Made by a program: the position numbers and the translations under genes
Shown: in pieces, positions 1-14,500 of the stretch
Position numbering within the stretch: the stretch's first letter is position 1
Layout: every line of letters begins with the position of its first letter
The notes under the pieces: model-generated
What the model saw: the letters and a program-made list of their open reading frames with translations, nothing else
What the model was told of the DNA's origin: nothing
Database searches by the model: none
Assembly: GCA_002633005.1 (NCBI GenBank)
Contig: NMRA01000769.1
Location: 10,376-74,375, forward strand
Length of the DNA stretch: 64,000 nt
From: Phoronis australis
Taxonomy: Eukaryota; Animalia; Phoronida
Direction of reading: 5' to 3'

Positions 1-603
1 TTGGCAATTCCATTTTTAATCCATTACAATGTACTTCTTCAGATTATTTCATAACAAGTAAGCTCTGTGCCTTTGTTTCGTGTAACATCAAGCAAGCCTA
101 CATATCATGTTGGAACAAAAATGTACTTTTAGACTGTGGGTGGTCCTGTTATTAGTAATTACCTCTGTGAAAGAAAACAATCCAAACATTACACTAATCA
201 CGTGATCATAACGCGGACCAGTGATATCACATATTGTTTTGTAACTCAGCAAAAATATTCTAGTCTCAGATTACGACATTAAATTACCGTGGAACACCAA
301 AAATATCAACATCCCATAAATGACTTAACACGTTGCTCGAAAAGGTGTTTGTGAGCGTATTATCATGATGGAGTAACTAACGTGAAACCTACTTTGAGTT
401 TTGAGGTCGTATAGGTTCTCCAAATGTTATTGTTCTGTAGAACTGTTTTATACCATTGAAAATATCGACTTTCCAATCGCAAAACTTCTTCACTAAATCT
501 CTTATGTCCAGCATGTCATAATCTCATGGGTTCAGTCTCGTTCTTGCCGTGCTTTGTTAAATACATTACATCAATCATACGGTACATTATGTTCCGCAGC
601 AAA

Positions 604-1150
604 CCTTCATGTAACCCAGCATCTCCACATCTACACTGTGCTGTATGTTTCTACACCACTCCCTCGTGTAAAGCAGCATCACCAGTGTACACTGTACATG
701 TATGTTCTACACCACTCCTTCGTGTAACCCAGCCTCATCGAGTGTACACTGTACACTGTATGTTCTACAGCACTCCTTGTAACCCAGCATCACCAGTGTG
801 CACTGTATGTTCTACACCACTCCTTCGTGTAACCCAGCCTCATCGCGTGTACACTGTACACTGTATGTTCTACACCACTCTTTCGTGTAACCCAGCCTCA
901 TCGCGTGTACACTGTACACTCTATGTTCTACAGCACTCCTTGTAACCCAGCATCACCAGTGTACATGTACATTGTACGTTCTACACCACTCCTTCGTGTA
1001 ACCCACCACTAGGGTTCATCATCATTTTACTGTCATTCTCGTACTAACAGTGCCTTGATTAAAACATTACACCAATCATACGATACATTATGTTCCATAG
1101 CAAACCTTCGTGTAACCCAGCATCACCAGTGTACAGTCATGTGCGTTCTA
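604..1150. repeat. Minisatellite, ~56-bp unit (CGTGTAACCCAGCATCACCAGTGTACACTGTACATGTATGTTCTACACCACTCCTT), about 8 degenerate copies
   Basis: Unit visibly repeated; the lead-in (ACATTACA..AATCATACG.TACATTATGTTC) occurs at both ~562 and ~1064. Confidence 0.85.
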
Positions 1151-2039
1151 AACCNAAATACTGTTGCTTTACGGTTTGTTCGTACTGTGTAACACCCCTA
1201 AAATAGACTAAGCTGTAGAGATACTCACTTTAAGGTTGTAGTTGCGCCTTATTGTCAAGGAAAGCTTATGTCCGTGAAAATAAACACTGGGAAACGCGGT
1301 GTGAATTCCACCCGTGAATCAATGAGTCGAGCTCTGGCATACATGTATATCACATAATTTCTACCTGTTCTGCGATTTTCTTATTCCATTTTTGTCCCCC
1401 TCTTGCTAATATATGGACTGTAGTTTCTCATTTATTCCGTTTTGATTTGAAAAATGTCAATCTTTTTGAAAAATATTTGTAACTTCTCAGGTAATTCCCC
1501 TCTGCCTATAAGCTAACTTCAACAAAGTTTTTGGGGCAACAGACATTCCAGCTAATATCACTCAATCAGTGGTCACGCAATCCTTGCGTATTTTTGAATG
1601 GTGAAAATAATCCAAAACCCCTTTGTCGCTCTGACTTCACACCTATGTTGGCGCCCCTAATAGAGGTCATCAAAATTCGCGAAAGGGCGAGTTAACCGAG
1701 TTATCATCCATTTTTGGGACATTATGTTTCTACAAAAAACAATGACTCGACTTCCTACAGTACAAATCGGTTCGCCTGTCAGGCTCTAGTCCCACTAGAC
1801 TTTCCACACAGGAGTGTTGTACATTTCTATGTACATTGCTTTTTTTCTCAAACTGGTCCATGGACTATTGTGATGAGCAACTTGTTCACTGTCAACCTCA
1901 GAAACACAGGAGACAAAGAGGTCACGTGCAACTGTGGGTTCATTCCACCAACCTTTAGGTGCTGCTGCTGGTGAGGCCGAAAGCAATCATATGCCTATAG
2001 ACAGTATTTGCTGTATTTGCGTTTAAAAACCCAGGTCGA

Positions 2040-3700
2040 GTCAGCGTTTACATGAATGCCAGCAGGAACTGTAAGAAATTCGAAACGAATACACACCATG
2101 ATTGATATTTACATGTATATGAAAGGCGGTATGGATTGAAGAGGGCGAAAGGCCCAAAATACTTTTGTGTACTTTAAAAAGCAAACTATACACCTGTGAT
2201 GATTACTTAACTAATTCATAATAAAAATGAAAAACATTCCCTCAACTATCACCGATACGTGGTGTTGCCTAAAGGCAATAAATCAAGGTCATTCTTAAAA
2301 TATTAGAGAAATTTCTTACTAAATATTAGTAAAAAAGCTTTTGTAAGCTTCTAATGGTGAAACGATGAAGTCTGTTCCGAATATCTGATTCTTGATAATC
2401 AGAAGGTGTTCCTAAGAGACAGATATGTTGGGGATATACAAGGGTATTTATGATATTATGCATGATGCNNNNNNNNNNNNNNNNNNNNNNNNNNNNNNNN
2501 NNNNNNNNNNNNNNNNNNNNNNNNNNNNNNNNNNNNNNNNNNNNNNNNNNNNNNNNNNNNNNNNNNNNNNNNNNNNNNNNNNNNNNNNNNNNNNNNNNNN
2601 NNNNNNNNNNNNNNNNNNNNNNNNNNNNNNNNNNNNNNNNNNNNNNNNNNNNNNNNNNNNNNNNNNNNNNNNNNNNNNNNNNNNNNNNNNNNNNNNNNNN
2701 NNNNNNNNNNNNNNNNNNNNNNNNNNNNNNNNNNNNNNNNNNNNNNNNNNNNNNNNNNNNNNNNNNNNNNNNNNNNNNNNNNNNNNNNNNNNNNNNNNNN
2801 NNNNNNNNNNNNNNNNNNNNNNNNNNNNNNNNNNNNNNNNNNNNNNNNNNNNNNNNNNNNNNNNNNNNNNNNNNNNNNNNNNNNNNNNNNNNNNNNNNNN
2901 NNNNNNNNNNNNNNNNNNNNNNNNNNNNNNNNNNNNNNNNNNNNNNNNNNNNNNNNNNNNNNNNNNNNNNNNNNNNNNNNNNNNNNNNNNNNNNNNNNNN
3001 NNNNNNNNNNNNNNNNNNNNNNNNNNNNNNNNNNNNNNNNNNNNNNNNNNNNNNNNNNNNNNNNNNNNNNNNNNNNNNNNNNNNNNNNNNNNNNNNNNNN
3101 NNNNNNNNNNNNNNNNNNNNNNNNNNNNNNNNNNNNNNNNNNNNNNNNNNNNNNNNNNNNNNNNNNNNNNNNNNNNNNNNNNNNNNNNNNNNNNNNNNNN
3201 NNNNNNNNNNNNNNNNNNNNNNNNNNNNNNNNNNNNNNNNNNNNNNNNNNNNNNNNNNNNNNNNNNNNNNNNNNNNNGTCAGCGTTTACATGAATGCCAA
3301 CAGAAACTGTAAGAAATTCGAAACGAATACACGCCATGATTAATACTTATATGAAAGGCGGTATGGATTGAAGAGGGCGAAAGGCCTAAAAATTCTTTTG
3401 TGGGCTTCAAAAAGCAAACTATACACCTGTGATGATTACTTAACTAGTTCATAATAAAAATGAAAAACATTCCCTCAACTGTCACCGATTCGTGGTGATG
3501 CCTAAAGGCAATAAATCAAGGACATACTTAAAATATTAGAGAAATTTCTTACTAAATATTAGTAAAAAAGCTTTTGTCAGCTTCTAATGCTGAAAGGATG
3601 AAGTCTGTTCTGACTATCTGATTCATGATAATCAGAAGGTGTTCCTAAGAGACAGATATGTTGGGGATATACAAGGGTATTTATGATATTATGCATGATG
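2040..3700. other. Assembly gap (N 2469-3277) flanked by a near-identical ~430-bp direct duplication (2040-2468 vs 3278-3700)
   Basis: GTCAGCGTTTACATGAATGCC...ATATTATGCATGATGC is present on both sides of the N run with scattered substitutions. Confidence 0.9.
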
Positions 3701-5470
3701 CAGAAGACATTAATGATCTTCTTATGATGGGTAGAGTTCAGTAACGCTAGAACCTCGCTAAAAGAGCAAACTTCGGGAGATTGCTTGAGATATTGCCATG
3801 TATTTAAAATTGAAAACACGTCAGTGCGGATAGATTCTAGCGAGGTTCTCAAGTACTTGTAGGTAATAGGGTTGCTGTATGCGAGACTTCATGTCTTCTG
3901 CAAACCTTGATACTCATGTAAATTATTGTGGCAATAAATTGCGGCAAACCCCGATGTAAGCAATTTAATCTAGTATTTTTGGAATTGTTAGATCCTATGT
4001 CAAAATGCCTGTGCTCAATGCTCTTACATTTTTAACTAAGCCGTAGAGGAACTGCCAAGAGACAAGCACAATCAAATAGTACCAACAAAAGGACTGCTTT
4101 GAAGCTACGAAAATAACTATGCAGTGTTTTGGTTGACTATTTTCGGCGATTTGGAAATGTACGGTTTAATGAAAAATATACAAGGTAATTGGTGGCGAGA
4201 AGTGTTGTCTTGTTGTGGGCTGTTTGATTTATTTCATGGTGACAATAATGAATACTTTAATTGCAACTGTTCAACTGTTTCCGATAAAACTTCATGTTGA
4301 CAATTGAAATAGACTCAAGTTACCTCCTGCACCTCATAGACAGGCGTTTATGCATGATATTTGTTCAAGTCAGTGCTTGTCCATGAGTGCACGGGTGTAT
4401 GGATTGCGGCTATGCTTTTACGACTGCTAAGATCTAACCATCGGAGCAATCGATGAGATTCGATATTTGTTTATTATCTTCGCGACTTCTGTCTTTATAT
4501 TAACTTCCATTTAAGGAAGTTCTAGTATGCACGTATCTATGTCTATGCTAGTCATTTAATCGAAGCTTTCCGTTCAGGTACTGGAGATGGAGCAGATCGT
4601 GAAATTTATTTACCACTATTCCATCGTAGTTTCGTTGATGTACGCCGAAAAATATCACAGGGCGTAGGTCCAGTACCATAAAACATCAAATTCATTAAAG
4701 AACTTTTTGTGTTAATTTAAAAAGTTTTCCACTCTGAAAAATGCCAAACATTTGACTCAAGTTACAGAAATCGAGATCAAGTTTTGGTCCTGTTTCATGC
4801 AACGTGGCCCAGTGCATCCTTGACTAACTACTAAAGACCCTCATATACATAAACCTGTTAACACGGGCGTTTTTACTGTGATTCAAGTTGTTGACCGCAC
4901 CTGGCGACGTCATTTCATTGTGATTTAATGACACTTATGTTTAAATTATTAAATAATATCCAATTTGAAATGCCTTACAGACGTTAAATTCTTTGGACAA
5001 TTTAATCACCCTTGGCTTGATGCATCTCGTAGTGTTTAATCAATGCTGATATCAACCTAGGGATTGCTTGATTTTTATATAATAAAAAGTAACGAATCAT
5101 TACTAAAATCTATTGTATTGCAGCATCGAGGCTTTCAAATCATAACTTCTCGGTTGTTCAGTTCTTTGGAGTTGAAACGTGCTAGTTTATTGTATTCAAA
5201 ATGAATAAATTTTAATGCAAACCAGTTTGGACCTACTTGATGATTATTATGACGGTAAATACAATATTAAGCGGAAGTAATAAAGTAATTTATCAACAAG
5301 TTAAATTTAGAAATTGTCAGTCACTTGGCAAAGCATACAGGTATAAATTCATGCATAGTAATTTTGAGATTTTCATAAGGTCTTGTGTTGGTCAGATTAA
5401 TTGATTTATCTCAAATATGTGCTACTGCACTCGTAACTATTTCTGTGCGTTGAATTTTGTTTCGTTTTAG

Positions 5471-5510
5471 GAACACTTGTTAAGAGTGAAATCTGATGCA
5501 CCGCCAACTG
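5471..5510 (+). CDS. Linker exon (EHLLRVKSDAPPT), phase 0-1
   Basis: ttttgtttcgttttag acceptor, gtaagt donor; paralogous to exon 10826-10880. Confidence 0.65.
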
Positions 5511-8500
5511 GTAAGTAGGATTGAGGTTTCATAGCGTGAATCTGACTCACATCCGTGACCTATACTTGGAATACCTTCTGTAGACCTATTTTCTCTCGAA
5601 AAAAGCAAGATATCTCAATACTTCGCGCATTCACGCTACTCAAATGCAAATGTTTCAGTAGTCTGGCCTACTGTAGAACTGTTCCGATCACTGAACAAAC
5701 TACTTTGTTGGTGAGATTGGAATGTTAAAATATGAGATTGAATTCAGTGTTTTTGTACAATAAGCTGAGATTTTCCACGGCAGAGGAAAGAATGCCCGCA
5801 ATCCCCGGAAATCAATCCGGTGTCGTTCTGAATATCGCAAGCTATTATTCTGTCCTCAGGGCGCACGCCGAAACATCTGAAACAATGGAATAGAAACTGC
5901 GAACTCAGTACATTCAGGAAAGATTTTAAACCACCAATTTGGTCAAATTCTCTATTATGTCCAAAAAACAAAGTGCAATTTCTGAGCTGCAAATGGTTCG
6001 GCGTGTTTGGATACCCTAGCTTTCACATGAGACTTTTCCTAAACAACAAGCAATATGCACCGCCACCAAAGGGTGCAAATAGAGAATTTTACCCGGATAT
6101 ACTAGTTGACTTCCAAGCATACACACAAAACACTTGCACCTTTGTATCTTGTGCTTTTTCCGCTTTGCATGTTCTTGGTATGAGCTTGCTTGTTTCACTT
6201 GGGACCTCATTTCCAGAGCGCCTTCCTGGTCAGCCTGCCTGTGTTGCTCAGACAAAGACATAGTAAAACAGTAAGATCATGAAACAGTTTTTAAGATATT
6301 GCCATACATTATACGCGAAACACGTGACCACATTAGCATTGCTCCGGTTATGTTATTACCGCCAAATCCCACGATAGTGTGTTGTCAGCATACTCTAACA
6401 ATCCATCCAAGTCGGGACTGCCAGGTCATGTGGCTATGTAATACATATGAACAGATTGGTATGTGGTTGAAATATCCATCAGTGGTTATCAACGTCTTGT
6501 ATTTTTTAACGTTATCTCTGCATACAACAAAGTACAGCCTGTACAATGAAAAATCTCACCATAAGCGACACGGTTCCAAGTACAAAGTATTGTGTAGTGG
6601 TGACTTTTCAGTGACCAAATATAAACATGCCATAGACGTACATGTAATTGCATAACGTAAGACGCCACGGTAATGTTGGACATTTGTTTAGAGTACAGCT
6701 TGACCTTAAAGGTGCATGGGACCGAAAAACTTGTAAAAACTACATTTCAAAGATTGCGGAGAAAATACTTCATGCGATGCTAATGTGAGAGTTGTTCATC
6801 TTTAATATTGCAAGCGGATATACATGTATGGCATGCACTAAATAAGTTGGAATGTCTACGGCTTAAATTTTCCATTCTTACATCTGTGTTTATATCAAGG
6901 GTTGAACGCCACATAAAAGGGCAATTTGGGATACTCCGGTGCTCTGATGGGAGAGCTGTCAAAAATAAAGCACGCGTGCCCGTTTCTGAAATCTAGGTGA
7001 GGAACTCAGTTTTTTGAGTTAGTGAGAATTTTTCTTAATTGAGAAATCAACATACGTGTATGCTTTATCGATTAACAATACTAAATGAAAACAGGGCCAG
7101 TGTACGTTTCCTGTCATTAGTGGACGTCAAAGGCAAGCTGTCGGTACACGTGGAAATTTACAGTAGGATTCCTCCGTATTTTGGTCACAGTTTCACAAGT
7201 CGGTGTCTTTTAGTTTATTACTATAGTGGGTCCATTATCTAAAATTTGCTATCTTTGCGAATAGTCAGGGGACTTTTTGTTATTTAGAAGCGTCTTCGGA
7301 GACGCGTGTCCTACCTTTGCTTTAAAACGAAGGGCTTTGTTGTTCATTTGCAAATTATGAATCTTTGTCCCATTAGAGGCGTGGTAGAACTGCAGTGCCT
7401 GTCCCTCAATATTCCTTAAGTTCACCCACAACCAGCTAGCCCTGATACCTTGAAGTAGAAACAGAGTGTCATAGTTGTCACAAAGGATAGTGCATGATGA
7501 AACAGGTTTTTTGTTGCATTTCTTGTCATACGTTTGCGTTTATTGTAAACTGTTGTTATCTTTATCCTCTTGCCCAGATTAGAACTAAGGATTGAAATGT
7601 AAGATAAACTTCCATTTAGAAATTTTAGTGGCTGTCTAACTTGCACGTATCAGGTTAACTATTCTGGTATTGGAGATGCAGAAAATGTAGTGAACAGTTT
7701 TAAAAACTGCACATACACATGTAAGTTCGTTATGGCTTGATACATGTACATGTACATATCAGTGTGTCCGCTGTTTTGGATACTTTGCAAAGTCGACAAT
7801 ACTCACACTGCATTGATTTGTAATGGTGCTAATATTTAGTATCGTGAGATCAGCAGGACCACCCTGTATAGTCAAATTAATAGGATCACCCTGTATCTTG
7901 AGGTCAGTAGCACCACCCTGTATCGTCAGATCATTAGGACCACCCTGCGAACTAAACGCTCAACAAATTTTCAGGAATTTTCCAAGTTGGTCTTTTGAAT
8001 CAAACGGATGGTACAGGAAATGCTCTAGGCCGTGCGGCGCCCCTTCAGGAATGTCTAAGAATTCCCGATGTTCTTCCTAAAAATAGATTGTAAAATTATG
8101 GGTGTATAAATGTTAAATTTAGATCCAAATGTGACCTCGACCAGACATTTCTGTGATAGAGTTCAGACTACAGACGATTACTACGGAACCACTGAAAATG
8201 AGCCTTGTCAACAAAGGCACTAGCCTCATGTGTCCCGGTTGTTATTGATAATGTAAATGCAAAAAATACTAAGGCAATATGTGCCGAAGTCCGACCATTG
8301 AAGTGATCGCTAATAAGAACTGTAAGAAAACGAGGAACTTGATTGACCTTCGCTTCAATTCTTCTTAAGTACTGACGGATGTCATTTCTATCCCTATAGC
8401 AACCGTTGATGGAGCTGCAGGTGGAGTAATTCGGTACAAAACGGTTCAAGTTAGAGTACCGCCAAATGCAATATCCGGGGACTTAAATGTTGAGTTTGTA

Positions 8501-11500
8501 GATCAGCCGATGTTAGCACGGGCAGTGCTTTACCACACGAATGGCAGAGCTACTCTCCATTGTCAAGGAATATGCATGACCTGCAGAGATGGAGATGTAA
8601 CATTCTCGGAGCCAGTCGAAGTGCGAATGCGTGTTAGAACAATGTTGGAGGAAGCAGATCATCAACGACTAAACAGCAAAGACTTTCGTATTTTGCATGA
8701 AAAAGATGGTGAAGTGACGGACATTACTGAAGATTGCAACGTGAAGATGGAATGGGGAGAAATAATCTTCTACTGTAAAACATGTTTAATGGTTAATATT
8801 GCTTGGCTGGCAGATTTCACATCACCTTTCGCTACTGGCGTGTTTACGACCATCAAAAATATACTCGAAGCGTCATACATGTGCAGGATATGCACGTACA
8901 TAAAATATAGACAAGATGGAAGATTGACAGTTCAACTAGTTTGTCATGGAGTGGGCGTGGAGTGTTCTGATGGGATTGAACCCCAGTGTACAAGTTACAA
9001 AATGCGTTTGATAAATAGCGCCACAATGTTATTTGAATTTGACTGCAGGAGCATTGAGGATGGCGAAAAGAAACACATTTCCTCTAAAGGGTTTAAACTT
9101 GAAAGGGATCATTGTGAAAGAGCATGTACAGTTTTTGCAATGATTAAGACTGGTGCTCGTGCACTTGTAGCTGACAACGTTCGACTGTGTGTGAAGGAAT
9201 TAATCTACAAGGAAACGCTGATGGACAGGCCTGTGAAGGTCCATGTAAGTACATTACTTGTTTATCTTGTTGTCTGTGTGTGTGGGTCTGCATGTTGCGT
9301 GTGGTGTATTGGATTATGAAACAGGAGTCTGCGTTTCTGTTGCAGTAGCCTTAACTCGGGTGAGAATTTTACACGTTTGACACGCTTCTGAGGTGTCAAA
9401 CGTGTAAAAAACGTGTAATACGTGTCAAAATTGCCACGTTAACGTGTAAAACGTGTAAAAATTGCCACGTTAGCATGTCAAACGTGTAAAATGTGACACA
9501 CTACTGTGTAAAGCGTGTAAAGTTTTACACGCTAGCGTGTCAAACGTGTAAAATATGATAGAACTCTCCAATACAGATACAATTTAAATAGGCTTGACAG
9601 TTCTGAAAAGGCCACTGGGAGGTAATCACCCAATTTGAATGACTAAGCATGTTCCCTTAATAGCATCAAAGAATTTGCAACAAAACTTTTCACCGCCTAT
9701 TCAAATATCGAAATACTGAGTTAGAGTTGGTTTAGCTGTCAGAGAGTGCAATTGTGTCAGGAGAGCACATATGAAGTATGGTTTTCGAGTGTGGTGCACC
9801 TCTAACAGAAGTTTGGCATTTTTATTCTCTGGTTGACAGTGCCTTGATGAACTTTTCTTGCAAATGGTCCTTCTTTTAACAGGAAAGTTTGATTGTAACA
9901 GAAAACAAGAGTCAGTAGAAACTGTTGACTATGCAGATAATACATGTAGTTGGAACGCCTCTCATCTAGCGTGCCAAAAGTGCCACGTTTTTGCCAAGTC
10001 TTGGAACGCCACGTTCGACACGCTATCGCCACGTTTTACACGCTTATCGCCACATTTGACACGCTAAGCGTGTCAAACGTGGAGTATTGGAAGGAAAATT
10101 TCACGTTATTGACACGTTCTTGACACGTTTGACACGCTATAATTTACACGTTTGACACGCCACGTTTTACGCGTTCGACCCGCTTTTAGGGCGTTCCAAT
10201 ACTCCACGTTTTTAGAGCGTGTTGAAAAATGCTATTTTGATGTACTAAAAATGAATGAGTTTTGAACCAGTCTTGGCGTACCTGTTGTTTATCATGCCGG
10301 TAAGTACAGAATGTAATTAAGAGGCCAAGCATAAATCCATCCATAGTAATTTTGAGATATTCGCCAAGTCTTGTGTTGTTCAAAAGAGATGCCACTGTAC
10401 TAGTAACTATTTTTTACGCGCTAACTGCTTACGGTGAAAGAACACGTGTAGGTGAGATAATAGGTCATATACATGTATTATATTATGGCAAACTTAACTA
10501 CTACAGATATCGATAAATACAAGTTATATAATATGTTGAGATGTAAAGGTGGGTGACAATCTGTGACAATCAGCCGGAAACGGAGCACTATGGGAAGTTC
10601 AATGCAGCAATGATGGAATACACAAGTGTTGAACTAGGACGATGGCCCAGTGTTGCGACAAGACAAAGAGATCACGTGGTACAATTAAACCAACAATCGT
10701 AGAACAAAGAGGGCCACGGACCAGAGAATCCAAATAATATGATAATGAGGACGAAGCAGTATAGCTTACATAAAATAATTTAATGCTTAAGTAATATCTA
10801 TGCGTTGAATTTTGTTTCGTTTCAGGAAGAGTCGGCAAGCGGAACGCCAACGGCTATTCTACTGACGCCCCAAGCAACAGGTAAGAAAGATTGAGTTTCC
10901 ATAGCGTGAATTTGACCACCTTCGTGGCGCATACCGGAAAAGCGCTCTGTAGCCCTATTTTCACTAAAAAGCAAGATACCTGAAGACTTCGGAAAATCAC
11001 TGTAGTGAAACGCTTGCGTTTCATAAGTATGCTAGCGAGCTTTCTAGCCTGACCTACAGTAGAAAAAATTGTGATCGCTGAACGAACTTCAATGTTGGTG
11101 AGAGTGGATTGTACAATAAGCTGGAATTTTTCGCCGACAGCGTGAACGAATGTCTCGCAACCTATTACCTTACCCTCACTTCCAAAAGCGAAACATCGGC
11201 ACTCACAATAATGGAAACGGTGAAATCAGTACCCTTATACAATATTTTGACATCAACTTTCATTCACTTTGACCGCAGCTATTCATTACGTCCACGGATT
11301 TGCCATCATGCCTGGAAATGAGGTGATGTGTCAAAACTACGAATGGTTCGGCATGTTTGGAAACCCACGCTTTCACGTTTGCGTGGTTAAAACAGATATC
11401 GTTTGCTAAACAACAATCATTTTTGTAGCGCCATTAAAGTGTGGGAATAGGGAAATTTACCTGGATATGCAAGTTAGCTTCCAAGCATACACTTGCACCT

Positions 11501-14500
11501 TTGTATCCCCTGCACATTGGACGTTCTTGGTATACATGTATTGTACTTGTTTTACTTGGTACCTCACTTTGGGCACGCCTTTCCGGTCGGCTGGGATGCA
11601 CTGTACAGAGGAGGACATCGTCAAACAGTAAAATTACGAATCTGCATTGTATTTTTAAATGCTCTCTCTTTAAAAAACTACTGTCGTGTTTTCGTCAGTA
11701 TCTTTTGAAAAATCACACCATCATGGACAGGGTTACAAGTACAATGTACTAGAAATATTTTGTTGTGGTAACTTTGCATTAACCAAATATACACTACGTA
11801 TGGCATACATGTAGAAGTAGTTGTACAACGTAAAGTGCCAGGGTAAAAGGTGCTTTTTGGCAAGTTATCGTTTATCTAAATTATAATCTATAGATGCCTT
11901 TTGAGTACCATTAGATGTACAGATATTGTTATTCCGCAAAACTTCAAATTTGATGAACCGTTGTTAGTAAGACAAAACAACACTTACACTAATTAGAAAT
12001 GAGATTGCTTTACTAAAAATACTTAAAACTTTTGCCTCCTGTTGGGTCACGTAATCGTGTTTGAATCATAGTAGCAAAAATAGTCGTTCGTTGCAAAACT
12101 ACTGCATGGTTTTAATAACACGGTCAATTTTCGTTTAATGTATATGTTCACGATGAAGACCATATTACTGTCCTTAAAGTTATTTTTTCGTATTTATTTC
12201 ATCCACAATTTGAGTCCTGCTAAATTGTAAGCCTTGAAAACAATTCTCAACAAAAAAAAAAATTAAAGAGCGATGAATCAAACATGGTGTGTGAAAGCTT
12301 CATATTGATACGGTCATTTCTTTTTGAGACAAGACGTTAGCTGAGAATGGACATTTTTAAGAGTACTGGTTGACCTTAAAGGGGCATTGAACTGTAAATT
12401 TGTAAAAACTACATTTCAAAATGTCGTGGATAACCTTCTTCACGGGGAGGCTAAATGTGAGTGTTTTACATCTTGAATATTGCCAGAGGAAAGGTGGCGT
12501 GTGTTCAAAGAAGTCGGATTGGCTACCGCTTGAACTCTCCATTGTTTTGTTTACACCAAGGGTCAAAGGGCACATATAAGGGCAATTTTCGGACACCCTT
12601 GGGGTCTGGTAGCTGTATCAATTTCCGGTCCGTTTCCTCCGTATTTTGATCTTTGTTTCATGCTAAGACGGTGGAGTAAGCACATTTACTTTTTTAGAGA
12701 GATTTTCTGTTTTAATTTATTACTAGAGTGGGTCCTTTAGTTAAATTATACCGTCTTTTTGTTAAGACTACAGTCACTTCTTAGTGGCTGCATTTCTTGT
12801 ATAGACGAGTGGATAAACAATCGGACAGTACATAGGAATCAAAGTGGGAATTAAAAACGAAATGGCAACAGTTATGCACTTAGGCGGTATCGTTACGTTT
12901 TCAGTTATGGCCGTCATTCAGAACTCGTTCCTCACTGGATGTGTAGGGTATCGCAGTCACTGAAATAGACGAGAATGGTCGTTTGGAGTAAACATTCAAA
13001 TCGACTTCAAATGAAACTCTAAAATTTCATGGCTGGCAAAGAAATCATCTCCTTAACGTGCCTTATTTCAATTGCATGCACTGGACATGACTTACTTTTG
13101 ACAAAAGGCGGCCCTCAAACCGACTTGGCCAAAGTGCCATTAGTTCAAACCTTTCTTCACTCCGAAAAACTCGCGTGAAATTTAAACATTTAACTGGGCC
13201 CAGCGGTTCTGCCTTATTTGGAATGGAACGTTGGAAAATTGCACAATTAAGGTTATGGTCTCCTGAAAACAGCTGGTCAATTTATCGTCAATAAATCATA
13301 TTAAATTGTGGAAATAGACAATCTTGAGTACCGTACTCGTCCGGGTTACCGCCCAGGCGCTTAAATTAGGAATCTAACAAACAGGGGTGGGCGGTAAGCC
13401 TAGCGTGGGCGGTAAATTTTGATATCTCCACTTTTACCCTTCCGTTTATAATAAATTTTATATTTCAGAAACTCATAACATTGGTGACATTGACAAACAG
13501 ATCTCAAAAAACCCTCTTGATGCGTCTCATGCTGTGTATCGCCAGACACCAGACCTAAAAGTGACTAAGACAGCAGGTATGCATAGTGTGTAAAACTCAT
13601 TTTTTCAAATACTGGAAAAACATTGTAAATAACAATAGGGATTAATTTTATTTCAATAAAAAGAACAAAGACAAGGCGATATACTTGTCTGCAACATGTT
13701 ACCATGGATACTTTACGATTAAGTTTTAAATGACTATTTCTTTATACTAACCCAGGTTCAACAAAAACAAACAATCTGGCTATCTAGAAATCACAATTTT
13801 CGTGGAAAGATCCATAAATTAAAAAAGAGTGTGAATATATCTCAGCTTACTGTAGTTGCGTGCGGTGTCCTCAGCCACATCTAAACAAACCCACTCTTGT
13901 CAGCATTTATCGTCATCTGCTTTAAGGAAAAATTTCTGAAATTGGAATTACACTGGTTGCAAAAAATTGTAGAAACTTCTGATGTAACTAGTTATGGTTT
14001 GGTGCGTATCACGCGTGTCTGCTGTTTCTTTCACTTTGTAAGTTCAATACTTATCACATAGTTTTGATGTTTTGTGGTGGAAATGATTAGGCGTACACTG
14101 AACATGTACATAGGAGTAGTGTCAATCTAATGTTCACTTTGTTTATGAGAGCCTCAGTCGATGGAAATGCGAGTCTTGGCTCGAAGTTAATAAGCTCAAC
14201 ATAATTGTCTTCGCAGTAAGCAGATGGATTTAACAGTGACGCATCGACGCGTTGCTACAGATTCTGGGGTCACTGCTGTCGCATTATACCACTTGGTGGC
14301 ACCCAACAAAGTCTTCTAGAAATGATTCCAATGCAGATTTGTCCATCTTTTACGGTTTACAAACGTGATTCCGGCTTTTTAAAAAAAACAACACAATCAT
14401 AATTTTGTTCACAAAGCCACGGTTTGCATGCAATTACTTTGAAAGATAGTGCGTGCAAACAGCGAAACTACTCCACAATTACACTAATCAGATGAAAGGA

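Larger units (their letters stand above)
5340..12750 (+). repeat. Intragenic segmental duplication: ~5340-7245 vs ~10330-12750
   Basis: Shared collinear blocks, e.g. CATAGTAATTTTGAGAT, TGCGTTGAATTTTGTTTCGTTT.AG, AATGGTTCGGC.TGTTTGGA, TGACCTTAAAGG...TTGTAAAAACTACATTTCAAA. Confidence 0.8.

Noticed and set aside
526-945. 139-aa Cys/His-rich ORF
   Set aside because: It is the translation of the 56-bp minisatellite; no domain or splice support
2425-3343. Long ORFs spanning the N run
   Set aside because: Artefacts of untranslatable N codons
7823-8080. ORF with IVRSxGPPC repeats
   Set aside because: It comes from the 27-bp tandem repeat; no convincing splice sites linking it to the gene
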